From Pseudobdellovibrionaceae bacterium (GTDB lineage: Bacteria; Bdellovibrionota; Bdellovibrionia; Bdellovibrionales; Bdellovibrionaceae), in assembly GCA_039810425.1 (NCBI GenBank), contig JBDHWW010000050.1, forward strand, positions 1-20,567: a DNA stretch of 20,567 nt, given 5' to 3'. Under the pieces are notes generated by a model. The model saw only the letters and a program-made list of their open reading frames with translations, searched no databases and was not told the DNA's origin. Position 1 is the stretch's first letter; the number at the start of each line of letters is the position of its first letter. A program made the position numbers and the translations under genes. Shown one piece after another: positions 1-8,918 of the stretch.

Positions 1-17
1 CGTCCGTCTTTGCCCAT
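1..17 (-). CDS. Possible 5' end of a gene running off the left edge (MGKDG...)
   Basis: ATG at 17-15 lies 6 nt downstream of a TTGCAT-N17-TAGTCT promoter. An in-frame TAG four codons upstream makes this the first possible start in the frame. Only 5 codons are visible. Confidence 0.3.
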
Positions 18-23
18 CTCCTC

Positions 24-52
24 AGACTACAATTTTTCTGGGAAAAATGCAA
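24..52 (-). promoter_or_regulatory. Putative sigma70 promoter TTGCAT-N17-TAGTCT
   Basis: Minus strand: -35 at 52-47, 17-nt spacer, -10 at 29-24, then 6 nt to the ATG at 17. Confidence 0.4.
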
Positions 53-143
53 ACTATGTATTGCTCTGGTTAATATCTATCGGTTTGTTGAGGGCAAAAT
101 TTAAGTTTGGCCCCAGGGAATTTTGACGTAATTTTTGAATTCT

Positions 144-483
144 ATGTCTCGTTTTGAAGCAACAGCAAAAAAGTACTTTGCTCCTATAGATTTCAGCGAG
201 CCAGAAGTACATTAGCGAGTGCTAAATAGTAATTAAAATATACACCGGAACCGGTGAAGAACTTTTTAAAGGTTGGATGAAATTGGCCGCTATGTAGTTA
301 CTAAGATCTCTCCGGCCACCGAAGAAAAATGGCAAACACCCGAGGTCAATGCGATGGTTTTGCCTGGAAGTATTATTTGGATCTTTAGTGGGTTATCAAG
401 AGCCGCGAGATGATTCAAACCGAGCCAGAGATTTTAACTCAAGGAGAGTGGAAAGAGTTTAAAGAACTCGGTTATTGTATCTA
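144..483 (+). pseudogene. Possible degraded gene remnant in AT-rich DNA
   Basis: Protein-like fragments across several frames, broken by stops and shifts: MSRFEATAKKYFAPIDFSEPEVH* (from 144); IKIYTGTGEELFKGWMKLAAM*LLRSLRPPKKNGKHPRSMRWFCLEVLFG...; MIQTEPEILTQGEWKEFKELGYCI* (410-484). No family recognised. Confidence 0.25.
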
Positions 484-493
484 AGCGCGATCA

Positions 494-2580
494 TTACTTA
501 TCTAACTGTTGGTGCAAGTAAACGTAAACATAGGCCGCTGCCTTGGCCTGGTCTTCGGGCCTCACTCCGCCGCCGCCATGACCGCCGTCAGTCGACTCAA
601 AGAACAAGACATCGTGGCCGTACTCTTTCATACGGGCCGCCATTTTACGAGCATGCCCCGGATGAACGCGGTCATCGGCTTGAGTCGTTTGGAAATAGAT
701 CTTTGGATATTTCTTCGTTTTAGAAATATTCTGGTACGGAGAGTACTTCAAAATGATTTCATGAAACTTTGGATCATCCGGATCGCCATACTCATCCGCC
801 CAGCTCGCGCCCGGTGGAAGCTTCGTATAGCGAATCATGTCCAATAACGGAATCTGACAAACCACCGCATTGAAAAGATCCGGGCGTTGCATCGTCACGG
901 CCCCCACAAGCAAACCACCATTACTGCCACCTTGGATCCCCAAGTGTTTTGGCGATGTGATCTTGCGAGCAATGAGGTCTTCAGCGATTGCAATAAAGTC
1001 ATCGTAAGACTTTTGCTTGTTCTCTTTCATCGCAGCTTTGTGCCACTCAGGACCGAACTCACCGCCACCGCGGATATTCGCCATGACGTAAACGCCGCCC
1101 TTTTCAAGCCACTCACGCCCCATTGCCGGAGAATAATCAGGCATGCAAGAAATCTGGAAGCCGCCATAGCCATACAGCAAGGTCGGATTCTTTCCGTCAT
1201 AGACAAGGTTTTTTGCGCGAACAACAGTGTACGGAATTTCAACTCCGTCCTTACTCTTCACCCAGAACTGCTCTGTCATGTACGGAGCTTCGCTGAAGTA
1301 AGACTTCATTTTCTTGATTTCAGTGACTGTCGACCCTTCTTTCATGATCAAGCGACGTGGCTGCAGATAGCCCTCTTCTTGGAAGAGAATCGTGTCCGTG
1401 TATTCATCGGATGCTGAAAGATAGAACGAGTTCGGAGTATCAAAAGTTTTATCGAGTTGCCATTTCCACCAGCAACGGATTTCGCTTCATAGATTTGACC
1501 GCGAACATTTTCACTGATGTGCAGGAAAAGACGGTCTTTGGTTTTTGTCATACCTTCGACCGCAGAATGCGGAGTCGGTTCATACACGAGCTCCACTTGT
1601 GAGGCCGGGATATCATCACCACTCATCACGCTCCAAGAAGTCGCAAGTATGCTCCCCGCTTTAAAGCCTTTCCAGTTGCCACGCGGGCCGAAGAAAACTT
1701 TCCCTTGCGACACTACGGAGATGCCGGAATCTTTCGAGAGCGGCAATCTGTGAGGCTTCCACTGAGCATCAAAAGTGTAATAATCAAGATCATCATAGTT
1801 CACATAACGGCCAATCGCAGGAGTCACGCGCCCTTGATCACGGATCGTGAAGACCCACGTGGAAACGTCGGTCTTATTCCCTTCGAAAATGAGTTTTGCA
1901 TTCAAAAGCTCTTCACCACGTGTCCAAAGATAATTCTTGCGTGGATAACCTGAATCTGTGACTTGCTCCGGAGTCAGAGCCGCCGCAACCAGTAAGTGAT
2001 CCTTATCAAGCCAATCGTAGTTGCCTTTGCTTTCAGGAATAACAAAACCACCCTTGACGAATTCTTTGGTCGTCAAAGAAAACTCACGGGACTCATTGGC
2101 GTCCTGGTTGTTTTTTGAAAGCGCAATCATACAAAGATCGGAGCCCGGCAAATGAACAGCCCCATGGAAAACCCACGGCTGTCCCTCTTTGGCGGCAAGA
2201 GCATCGATGTCTAGCAACGTTTCCCACTGAGGATTTGCAGTCTTGTAACTTTGCACCGTCGTACGGCGCCAGATGCCGCGTTGATGAGTATCATCCTGCC
2301 ACAGGTTATAGGCATAACCGTCACGCAGATTCACCATTGCCAGTTTGTCAGTGTCGACAAGGATCTCGAGGATCTCTTTGGAGGTCTGCTGAAAGCGTGG
2401 ATCGTTTTCAAAAAATTTCTTTGTAATATCGCTTTCGTTCTGCGCCCAAGCGACAGCTTTCGCGCCATTGCGGTCTTCCAGCCACAAATACGGATCGGTC
2501 ATGTTATCTCCTGCAAAGGAAAGAAAAGGTAATAGGGACATCAAGGCCCCTAAATAGATAAATAGCTTCTTGCTTGCCAT
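494..2580 (-). pseudogene. Prolyl oligopeptidase (S9A) interrupted by a single frameshift near 1463-1466 (pseudogene or sequencing error); about 695 aa if repaired
   Basis: ORF 1348-2580 has a signal peptide, DPYLWLED and the beta-propeller region. ORF 494-1351 has YGYGGF, ANIRGGGEFG, GGSNGG (Ser), DDRV (Asp) and GGHGG (His). The C-terminal frame is open from 1486. Adding one A to GGA-AAT-GG gives continuous ...VAGG-KWQLDKTFDTPNSFYLSASDEYTDTILFQEEGYLQPRRLIMKEG... Confidence 0.9.
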
Positions 2581-2591
2581 CAGACATGGTT

Positions 2592-2607
2592 AGCAAGGCT
2601 CTCGCCA
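2592..2607 (-). promoter_or_regulatory. Putative sigma54 (-24/-12) promoter of the prolyl oligopeptidase
   Basis: Minus strand reads TGGCGA-GAGCC-TTGCT, with exact GG-N10-GC spacing against consensus TGGCAC-N5-TTGCW. The GC lies 12 nt upstream of the ATG at 2580. Confidence 0.55.
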
Positions 2608-2636
2608 TATGACTACTGAAAATGTACCGGGTCAGG

Positions 2637-2993
2637 CTATTCGGCGACGAGCTCTACAGAGTGGCCGTCGGGATCTTGCAGAATGGCTTTTCTGCCATCG
2701 GGCATATCGGTGGGATCAAGGATCATGATAACGCCAGGGATCGAACTCAATTTTTCGACTTTAGCCTCCATGTCGTGGATGCGGAAGCCCATCATCACCT
2801 TTGGATAATGCCCTGTTGTTGCTGATTGAATAGACATGAGGGAAAGCTCGAAACCCTCAAGGGAACTACGGAACAATTCTCCACCGATTGTGACCTTCAC
2901 TTTGGCAAACTTGCATCCCAAAATCTCATAGAAACGAAGCATATTCTCTAGATTCGGTGTATTAACGGTGATAGAAGTAAAAGCGATTCCCAT
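2637..2993 (-). CDS. VOC / glyoxalase-bleomycin resistance family protein
   Basis: 118 aa with N-terminal ITVNTPNLENMLRFYEILG and C-terminal DPTDMPDGRKAILQDPDGHSVEL, the typical VOC beta-alpha-beta-beta-beta repeats. Confidence 0.85.
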   Translation of the reverse strand: MGIAFTSITVNTPNLENMLRFYEILGCKFAKVKVTIGGELFRSSLEGFELSLMSIQSATTGHYPKVMMGFRIHDMEAKVEKLSSIPGVIMILDPTDMPDGRKAILQDPDGHSVELVAE

Positions 2994-3079
2994 TCCTCTA
3001 TGGCAGCTTTATATTGAAGCATAGTCAAGTTTCACGGACAGGGGCGGCTCCCTAAACAAGATATCTGGACCGAGGTTTT

Positions 3080-5707
3080 ATGACGACAAAACAAAGCCAA
3101 AAAATTTATTTAAAAGACTACACAAAACCTGATTTCGAAGTGGAATCACTGGCATTGAGTTTCGACCTGCACGAGGACTTTTGTCGGGTTATTGCCACGA
3201 GTAAATTCAAGACCGTAAATACGGGAAAGCCCTTGCATCTTGAGGGTGTGGATCTGGAGCTTTTGAATATTTCTGTGAATGGCGAGGTGCTCTCGCCGTC
3301 ACAATACACCAAAACGGATGAGTCTCTTGAGATCGCAAAAGTTCCGGCGGTTTTTGAGCTCAAGATCGAGACCAAAATCTTTCCCCAGAAAAATACGTCT
3401 CTTGAAGGTCTTTACCGTTCCAATGACACATTCTGTACCCAGTGCGAGGCTCAAGGCTTCCGTAAAATCACTTACTTCATGGACCGTCCCGATGTGATGA
3501 CAAAGTATGCTGTCACCATCGAGGCTGACAAAAAGAAATACCCGGTTCTTCTTTCTAATGGGGACCGCATAAAAATCGAAGACCTCGGCAATGGCCGCCA
3601 CAAAGCCTCGTGGAATGATCCGCACAAGAAGCCATGCTACTTGTTTGCCCTGGTTGCCGGCGATCTTGGTGTGATCCGCGATAAGTTCACGACCAAATCG
3701 GGCCGCACGGTGAATCTTGAAGTTTACGCAGCCCACGGCAAGCAAGAGCGCTGCTGGCACGCCATGGAGTCTTTGAAAAAATCTATGAGGTGGGACGAAG
3801 ACACCTTCGGTCTTGAATACGACTTGAGTGATTACATGATCGTTGCGATTGATGACTTTAACGCCGGCGCGATGGAGAACAAGGGCCTCAACATTTTTAA
3901 CTCCCGCCTGGTGCTTGCGGATGCTCACTCCGCCACCGATGCGGACTTCCATGCGATTGAATCCGTGGTGGCCCATGAATACTTCCATAACTGGACTGGC
4001 AACCGTGTTACGGTTTGCAACTGGTTCCAACTTTCTTTAAAAGAAGGCCTCACGGTCTTCCGCGACCAGGAATTCTCCGGTGATATGAACTCCCGTTCTG
4101 TGCAGAGAATTTTGGATGTCGATTCTTTGCGCGAGCGCCAGTTCACGGAAGATGCCGGACCGAACTCACATCCGGTGCGTCCTGAATCTTGCATGTCCGT
4201 TGATAACTTCTTCACCGCGACGATTTACGAAAAAGGCGCGGAAGTCATTCGCATGATGCAAACCATGGTGGGCCGTAAAGGTTTCCGTAAAGGCATGGAC
4301 GAATACTTCAAGCGCCACGACGGCCAAGCCGTGACGACAGAGGACTTCGCCGCGGCGATCTCGGAAGCAAATGGCAAAGACTTCAGCCAATTCCGCCGTT
4401 GGTACAACCAGGCCGGAACCCCGGAAGTGATTGTTTCTGAAGATTACAATCCACATAGCAAAGAATATCACCTGACGCTGGCGCAGAAGTACCACCCTAC
4501 TCCGGGCTCCCCTGAGAAGAAGGCGTTCCACATTCCACTTTTGATAGGTTTGTTAGACTCTCACGGGAAAGAACTCGAGCTTCACAGCGAAAAGATCTCT
4601 CGCAATAGCGACGGCCAAACTCTGATTGAGCTTCGTGAAGACCTCGAAACCTATGTTTTCAGATTGGTTCCAGAGCGCCCGGTATTGTCGATCCTCCGGG
4701 ACCTGTCAGCGCCGGTGAATTTGAAGTGGGATGCCCGCCTTGAGGATTTGTACTTTCTCATGGAAAAAGACACGGACGAATTCAACCGCCGTGAATCCGC
4801 ACAAAAAATTGCGCTTCGCCTTTTCTCGGACTTGATTAAAGCTCATCAAGGCAAGAGTCCCCTGAAAGTGGACGACAAGTTTGTGAAAGCCATCGGCAAG
4901 ATCCTCGCCGATGATAAGCTGTCACCTGCTTTTAAAGCCCAGATGTTGCAATTGCCTTCAGATATTCTATTGGCACAACAAGAAGACGTCTTGGATGCCC
5001 CGGCCTTCTTTGCCGCCCGCAAAGCACTTCGCCATGCCCTGGCGATGGCCCATAAAGACACTTTCACAAAAATCTACAATCAGTACCATGATGTAGAGCC
5101 GCTGGGCCGCGATCCGAAAATTTTCGGCCGCCGCTTGTTGAAGAATATCGCGCTGAGTTTTTTGCAGGAGCTGGATGACACAAGCCTCACCGAGATCGTG
5201 GTGCAGCAGTATCAGACGGCCAAAAACATGACAGACCAATTGGTGGCTTTGGAGCTTCTCTGCAGCAGCGGCCACTCTTACCGCGCAAAAGCACTCGAAG
5301 ATTTCCATCAGAAATGGCATACAGACTCTGTCGTTTTGAACAAATGGTTCACCGCCCAGGCGTTTTCTTCCCGCAAAGATAGTTTCGAGGTGGTGAAGAG
5401 CCTGACTGAGCACCCAAGTTTTAATATTAACAATCCAAACAATGTCTATGCCCTGCTGAGATCGTTTACCCAGAACTATGAAGTCTTTCATAGCCCAGAG
5501 CATCCCGCATACGAATTCCTCGCCGATATGATTTTGAAAATCGACGAGAAGAATCCCCAGGTGGCGGCTCGCTTGTGCGCGGCTTTCAACTTTGTGAAGA
5601 AGCTTCCGCAAGATATGAAAGAGCGTGCGTTGACCCAGATTCGCCGGATGGTTGCGAGTGAGACGCTCTCGAAAAATTCCCGCGAGCTTTTGCAAAGTGC
5701 ATTGTAG
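3080..5707 (+). CDS. pepN: Aminopeptidase N (M1 zinc metallopeptidase)
   Basis: 875 aa; IYLKDY N-terminus, CTQCEAQGFRKIT, GAMENKGLNIFN, HEYFHNWTGNRVT plus LKEGLT (HEXXH-X18-E), YEKGAEV, C-terminal NPQVAARL. SD GAGG upstream. Confidence 0.97.
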   Translation: MTTKQSQKIYLKDYTKPDFEVESLALSFDLHEDFCRVIATSKFKTVNTGKPLHLEGVDLELLNISVNGEVLSPSQYTKTDESLEIAKVPAVFELKIETKIFPQKNTSLEGLYRSNDTFCTQCEAQGFRKITYFMDRPDVMTKYAVTIEADKKKYPVLLSNGDRIKIEDLGNGRHKASWNDPHKKPCYLFALVAGDLGVIRDKFTTKSGRTVNLEVYAAHGKQERCWHAMESLKKSMRWDEDTFGLEYDLSDYMIVAIDDFNAGAMENKGLNIFNSRLVLADAHSATDADFHAIESVVAHEYFHNWTGNRVTVCNWFQLSLKEGLTVFRDQEFSGDMNSRSVQRILDVDSLRERQFTEDAGPNSHPVRPESCMSVDNFFTATIYEKGAEVIRMMQTMVGRKGFRKGMDEYFKRHDGQAVTTEDFAAAISEANGKDFSQFRRWYNQAGTPEVIVSEDYNPHSKEYHLTLAQKYHPTPGSPEKKAFHIPLLIGLLDSHGKELELHSEKISRNSDGQTLIELREDLETYVFRLVPERPVLSILRDLSAPVNLKWDARLEDLYFLMEKDTDEFNRRESAQKIALRLFSDLIKAHQGKSPLKVDDKFVKAIGKILADDKLSPAFKAQMLQLPSDILLAQQEDVLDAPAFFAARKALRHALAMAHKDTFTKIYNQYHDVEPLGRDPKIFGRRLLKNIALSFLQELDDTSLTEIVVQQYQTAKNMTDQLVALELLCSSGHSYRAKALEDFHQKWHTDSVVLNKWFTAQAFSSRKDSFEVVKSLTEHPSFNINNPNNVYALLRSFTQNYEVFHSPEHPAYEFLADMILKIDEKNPQVAARLCAAFNFVKKLPQDMKERALTQIRRMVASETLSKNSRELLQSAL

Positions 5708-5732
5708 TTTTTAACTTTAAGGAGTCCCCAAT

Positions 5733-6443
5733 ATGAAAAAAGTCGCCATCGTCACAGGAGCCAGCCGCGGATTAGGACATGCCACTAGCGAAGCCCTCGC
5801 CCGCATGGGATATAAAGTGATTATGGCGATGCGCAACCCTGAGAAAGCCCAGGCCGACATCAACAAGCTCAAAATGAAAGACTTGGATGTCACTGCGATG
5901 AAGCTGGACGTGGCGAATGAAAAATCCATCGAGAACTTCGTCAACGAGTTCAAGCGCGAAGTGGGCGCGCTCAATGTGCTGGTGAATAACGCCGGCATCT
6001 TTATCGACGACGAAGACGGTGGCAATGACGACGTTTTCAAAACAAAGTCCTCGACGATCCAAAAAACTTTCACGACAAACACGCTGGGTCCGTTCTTACT
6101 GATTCAAAAGCTCATCCCGATGATGATCAACGACGACTACGGCCGCATCGTGAATATCTCCAGCGGCATGGGCCAGCTCAACGACATGAACCAGGCCTAT
6201 GCAGCTTATCGCATTTCAAAAACCGCTCTGAATGTCGTCACGAGAGTTTTCTCTGAGGAAACCAAAGGCACGGATGTTTTAGTGAACTCTGTCTGCCCGG
6301 GTTGGGTTCAAACCGACATGGGCGGCAAAGGGGCCAACCGCACGGTCGAACAAGGCATCAAAGGGATTGTCTGGGCTGCAACACTGCCTAAAGGCGGTCC
6401 GACCGGCGGGTTCTTCCGCGATGGCGAACGCCTTGCTTGGTAA
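5733..6443 (+). CDS. Short-chain dehydrogenase/reductase (classical SDR, carbonyl-reductase-like)
   Basis: TGASRGLG Rossmann motif, VNNAG, catalytic S (NISSG) and YRISK (YxxxK), VCPGWVQTDMGG. SD AAGGAG; 25 bp after pepN, probably co-transcribed. Confidence 0.92.
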   Translation: MKKVAIVTGASRGLGHATSEALARMGYKVIMAMRNPEKAQADINKLKMKDLDVTAMKLDVANEKSIENFVNEFKREVGALNVLVNNAGIFIDDEDGGNDDVFKTKSSTIQKTFTTNTLGPFLLIQKLIPMMINDDYGRIVNISSGMGQLNDMNQAYAAYRISKTALNVVTRVFSEETKGTDVLVNSVCPGWVQTDMGGKGANRTVEQGIKGIVWAATLPKGGPTGGFFRDGERLAW

Positions 6444-6452
6444 TTTTCAAAA

Positions 6453-7154
6453 TTAGTTGCCAATGCGCTTACACTGACGAAGAAACTCTTCGCGAGTTTG
6501 CACTTTCGTGCGGAAGTGACCACGAACTTCCGTGGTCACTGTGGAACTTGCCGTATCCTCGATACCGCGAGCAATCACGCAATAGTGTTTGGCATCAATG
6601 TAAACCGCCACATGGTCTGTATTCAAAACATACTGCAAACAATCGGCGATCTGTTTGGTCAAGCGTTCTTGCACCTGGGGACGGCGGCTAAAGAACTGGA
6701 CAATCCGGTTGATCTTTGAAAGACCAATGACTTTTTTATTTGGGATATAGGCCACGGTCGCAACGCCGTCGATCGTGAGGAAATGATGTTCACAAAACGA
6801 CAATGTTGAAACCCCGGAAACACAGATCATCTGATCGTATTCCATCTTGTTTTCAATGACAGTCATTTTTGGAAAGTGTTCGGGATTCAAACCGCTAAAT
6901 ATCTCGTTCACATACATCTTAGCCACACGGCGAGGGGTGTCCCTCAGGGAGTCATCATTCAAATCCAGACCGAGAATTTCCATAATTTCACTGAACTTCT
7001 CAGTGATCTTTTCGATCTTCTGATCTTTGCTGAGGCTATTCTTAACCATCGGCGTGGGCATCACATGTGAAAGGATATCCAGAGCCGAGAAATGATGGTG
7101 CTTTGGCGCCAGAGGTGTGCCGACAGCTTTTGCAGATTTCGAAGTCTTTTTCAT
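6453..7154 (-). CDS. folE: GTP cyclohydrolase I
   Basis: DSLRDTPRRVAKMY, zinc ligands in SFCEHH and HYC, IGLSKINRIV, RRPQVQERLT, TREEFL. Confidence 0.96.
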   Translation of the reverse strand: MKKTSKSAKAVGTPLAPKHHHFSALDILSHVMPTPMVKNSLSKDQKIEKITEKFSEIMEILGLDLNDDSLRDTPRRVAKMYVNEIFSGLNPEHFPKMTVIENKMEYDQMICVSGVSTLSFCEHHFLTIDGVATVAYIPNKKVIGLSKINRIVQFFSRRPQVQERLTKQIADCLQYVLNTDHVAVYIDAKHYCVIARGIEDTASSTVTTEVRGHFRTKVQTREEFLRQCKRIGN

Positions 7155-7276
7155 AGTTTGCTTGTTATCTCAAAAGATTATGCCCAAGTAAACAGAGCTT
7201 TAGATTCGTCCGCGTGGTCCGGCCAATTTTTACAGGGTTTTTCATGTCTCAAAGCAAGACTTGGACCTAAGACCGC

Positions 7277-7305
7277 TTCACTCCCAGGCCGCGCGCAGCT
7301 ACTAT
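7277..7305 (+). promoter_or_regulatory. Putative sigma70 promoter for the yceI-cytochrome c operon
   Basis: TTCACT (7277-7282)-N17-TACTAT (7300-7305), followed by SD AGGAG (7318-7322) and ATG 7328. Confidence 0.5.
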
Positions 7306-7327
7306 ATTGTTTATAAGAGGAGAAACC

Positions 7328-7816
7328 ATGAAATTAGCCACTATTATTCTGCCAATAGGCGCCCTTCTGTTCAGCTCATGGACGTGGGCAGCTTCTGCGA
7401 CTGTTGACGTTACATTGAGTCCAGCAGGTTCTTTTAAAGGCAAAACGGCGGATGTAAAAGGCTTCGTGACTAAAAAAGGCGACGAAGTTTCCGCACAGAA
7501 TATCGTTGTGAACTTAAAGTCTTTGAAAACGGGCATCGAGCTTCGTGACAAGCACACTCAGAAACATCTTGAAACCGAGAAATTTCCAGAAGCTGTTTTA
7601 CTTTCGGCAAAAGGCAAAGGCGGCAAAGGCGCTGGCAAAATCCGTATCCGCGGCGTTGAGAAAGACATTACCGGCACTTACAAAGTGAATGGCAACGAAC
7701 TTGAGGCTGAATTCAAATTAAACCTGGCGGATTTTAAAATTACCAATGTAAAATACATGGGTGCCGGTGTTGAAGACGAAGTTGTGCTTCACGTGGCACT
7801 TCCGGTAAAACCGTAA
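7328..7816 (+). CDS. YceI-family periplasmic lipid/polyisoprenoid-binding protein
   Basis: 162 aa from ATG 7328 (SD AGGAG). Sec signal MKLATIILPIGALLFSSWTWA; YceI hallmarks LKTGIELRDKH, KFPEA, IRGVEK, LADFKI, VEDEV. Confidence 0.85.
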   Translation: MKLATIILPIGALLFSSWTWAASATVDVTLSPAGSFKGKTADVKGFVTKKGDEVSAQNIVVNLKSLKTGIELRDKHTQKHLETEKFPEAVLLSAKGKGGKGAGKIRIRGVEKDITGTYKVNGNELEAEFKLNLADFKITNVKYMGAGVEDEVVLHVALPVKP

Positions 7817-7845
7817 TTAGCGACTGTCGAAACAAGGATGCACCG

Positions 7846-8232
7846 ATGAGAAAACTAGTTCCCGCCGCCCTCACTGCTTTAGCCATGCTAACACCGTTAG
7901 GCTGCGGGAAGGTTTACAACTCATCCACGTACGATGCGACAACCTATGGCTCAGCCGACGGGAGCCCCCAGTTCCTAGCGGCTCAAGTGGTTATCAAAGA
8001 AAACTGCGCCTCGTGCCACACCCGCCCATCCCACCAAGCATGGGCCGGCATGAGCGAAAAAGACTACATCAGCCAAGGCCTCATTAAAGCGGGCAACCTC
8101 ACAGGCTCCACCCTCTACACGAAAATCCTAGGTAACCGCACAAGCACGCCAGGAAACATGCCAGACGGCGGCACCCCACTCACGGCAGACCAACTCACCA
8201 CAATCGAAAACTGGATCCTCAACATCCCATAA
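7846..8232 (+). CDS. Lipoprotein monoheme c-type cytochrome
   Basis: 128 aa; lipoprotein signal ending PLG-C; single CASCH heme motif; candidate distal Met in GNMP; class I C-terminal helix LTADQLTTIENWI. SD AAGGA. Confidence 0.85.
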   Translation: MRKLVPAALTALAMLTPLGCGKVYNSSTYDATTYGSADGSPQFLAAQVVIKENCASCHTRPSHQAWAGMSEKDYISQGLIKAGNLTGSTLYTKILGNRTSTPGNMPDGGTPLTADQLTTIENWILNIP

Positions 8233-8260
8233 AAAAGAATTTCAACACTTGATAGAATGA

Positions 8261-8908
8261 CTACAGCCGGTAAGCAAGTCCGAGACGCCAGTAGATGGAT
8301 TGATCCTTGTAGACCATGCCAAACGCCTGGATCATCTCAATCTTGGGATTAAATCTCACGCGCATGTCTACAAAAGCGCCCGTCACTAAATCTGAGCCGG
8401 AAACCGCCGTCACATCTGCGGAACTTCCTGCGGGCCACTTGCCTTGCTTATAGAACATCGCCACATCGACGCCAAAATCCGTGCGCGGGGTCCAACGATA
8501 GAATACCCGCGGAGAGACGCGAAGGGCCCACCACGGCACGCGTGCTTGGAAGTAGCTAAGGGCTCCCCCCTTTTCACCACCCACGGCACTGCCGCCGAGA
8601 ATGCCGCCACCGAACCCCCAACCCCAAGTTGGCCGATACCAATTTTTTTCTAGGCCCAAACCAAAACCGTAGTAAAGCGCCTGAGAATCCTGAGTGGCTC
8701 CCGTAGCGCTGTTGGAAACCGTGAGCTTTTCAAACCAAGAATTGTAATCGAAAGTGATGATGTTTCTCTCGATGGCTTTTTCGATCAGGTAGTTCTTGCT
8801 GTCATCCATGGTCTTCATCTGACCACGATCCATTCCTGGATTTTGTTGCGCGATTGCCGGGAGTGTGAAGAGAACCGCGAGAAAAGCACCGGCAAATAAA
8901 TTCTTCAT
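8261..8908 (-). CDS. Outer-membrane beta-barrel protein, about 8 strands, function unknown
   Basis: Start moved to ATG 8908 (SD AGGGGG, 6-nt spacing, overlapping the upstream stop); 215 aa. Signal peptide MKNLFAGAFLAVLFTLPAIA. Alternating aromatic strands YGFGLGLEKNW, WGWGFGGGILGG, LRVSPRVFYRW, DFGVDVAMFY and terminal YWRLGLAYRL. Confidence 0.75.
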   Translation of the reverse strand: MKNLFAGAFLAVLFTLPAIAQQNPGMDRGQMKTMDDSKNYLIEKAIERNIITFDYNSWFEKLTVSNSATGATQDSQALYYGFGLGLEKNWYRPTWGWGFGGGILGGSAVGGEKGGALSYFQARVPWWALRVSPRVFYRWTPRTDFGVDVAMFYKQGKWPAGSSADVTAVSGSDLVTGAFVDMRVRFNPKIEMIQAFGMVYKDQSIYWRLGLAYRL

Positions 8909-8918
8909 GTGCATCCCC

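Noticed and set aside
1440..1470. Programmed -1 ribosomal frameshift in the oligopeptidase
   Set aside because: No X-XXY-YYZ heptamer in frame and no obvious stimulatory hairpin, only a weak A-AAA tetramer. A 1-nt deletion is simpler.
3299..5695. Long minus-strand ORFs (3299-4030, 4967-5695 and others) inside pepN
   Set aside because: Antisense shadows of a well-conserved gene with no recognisable domains.
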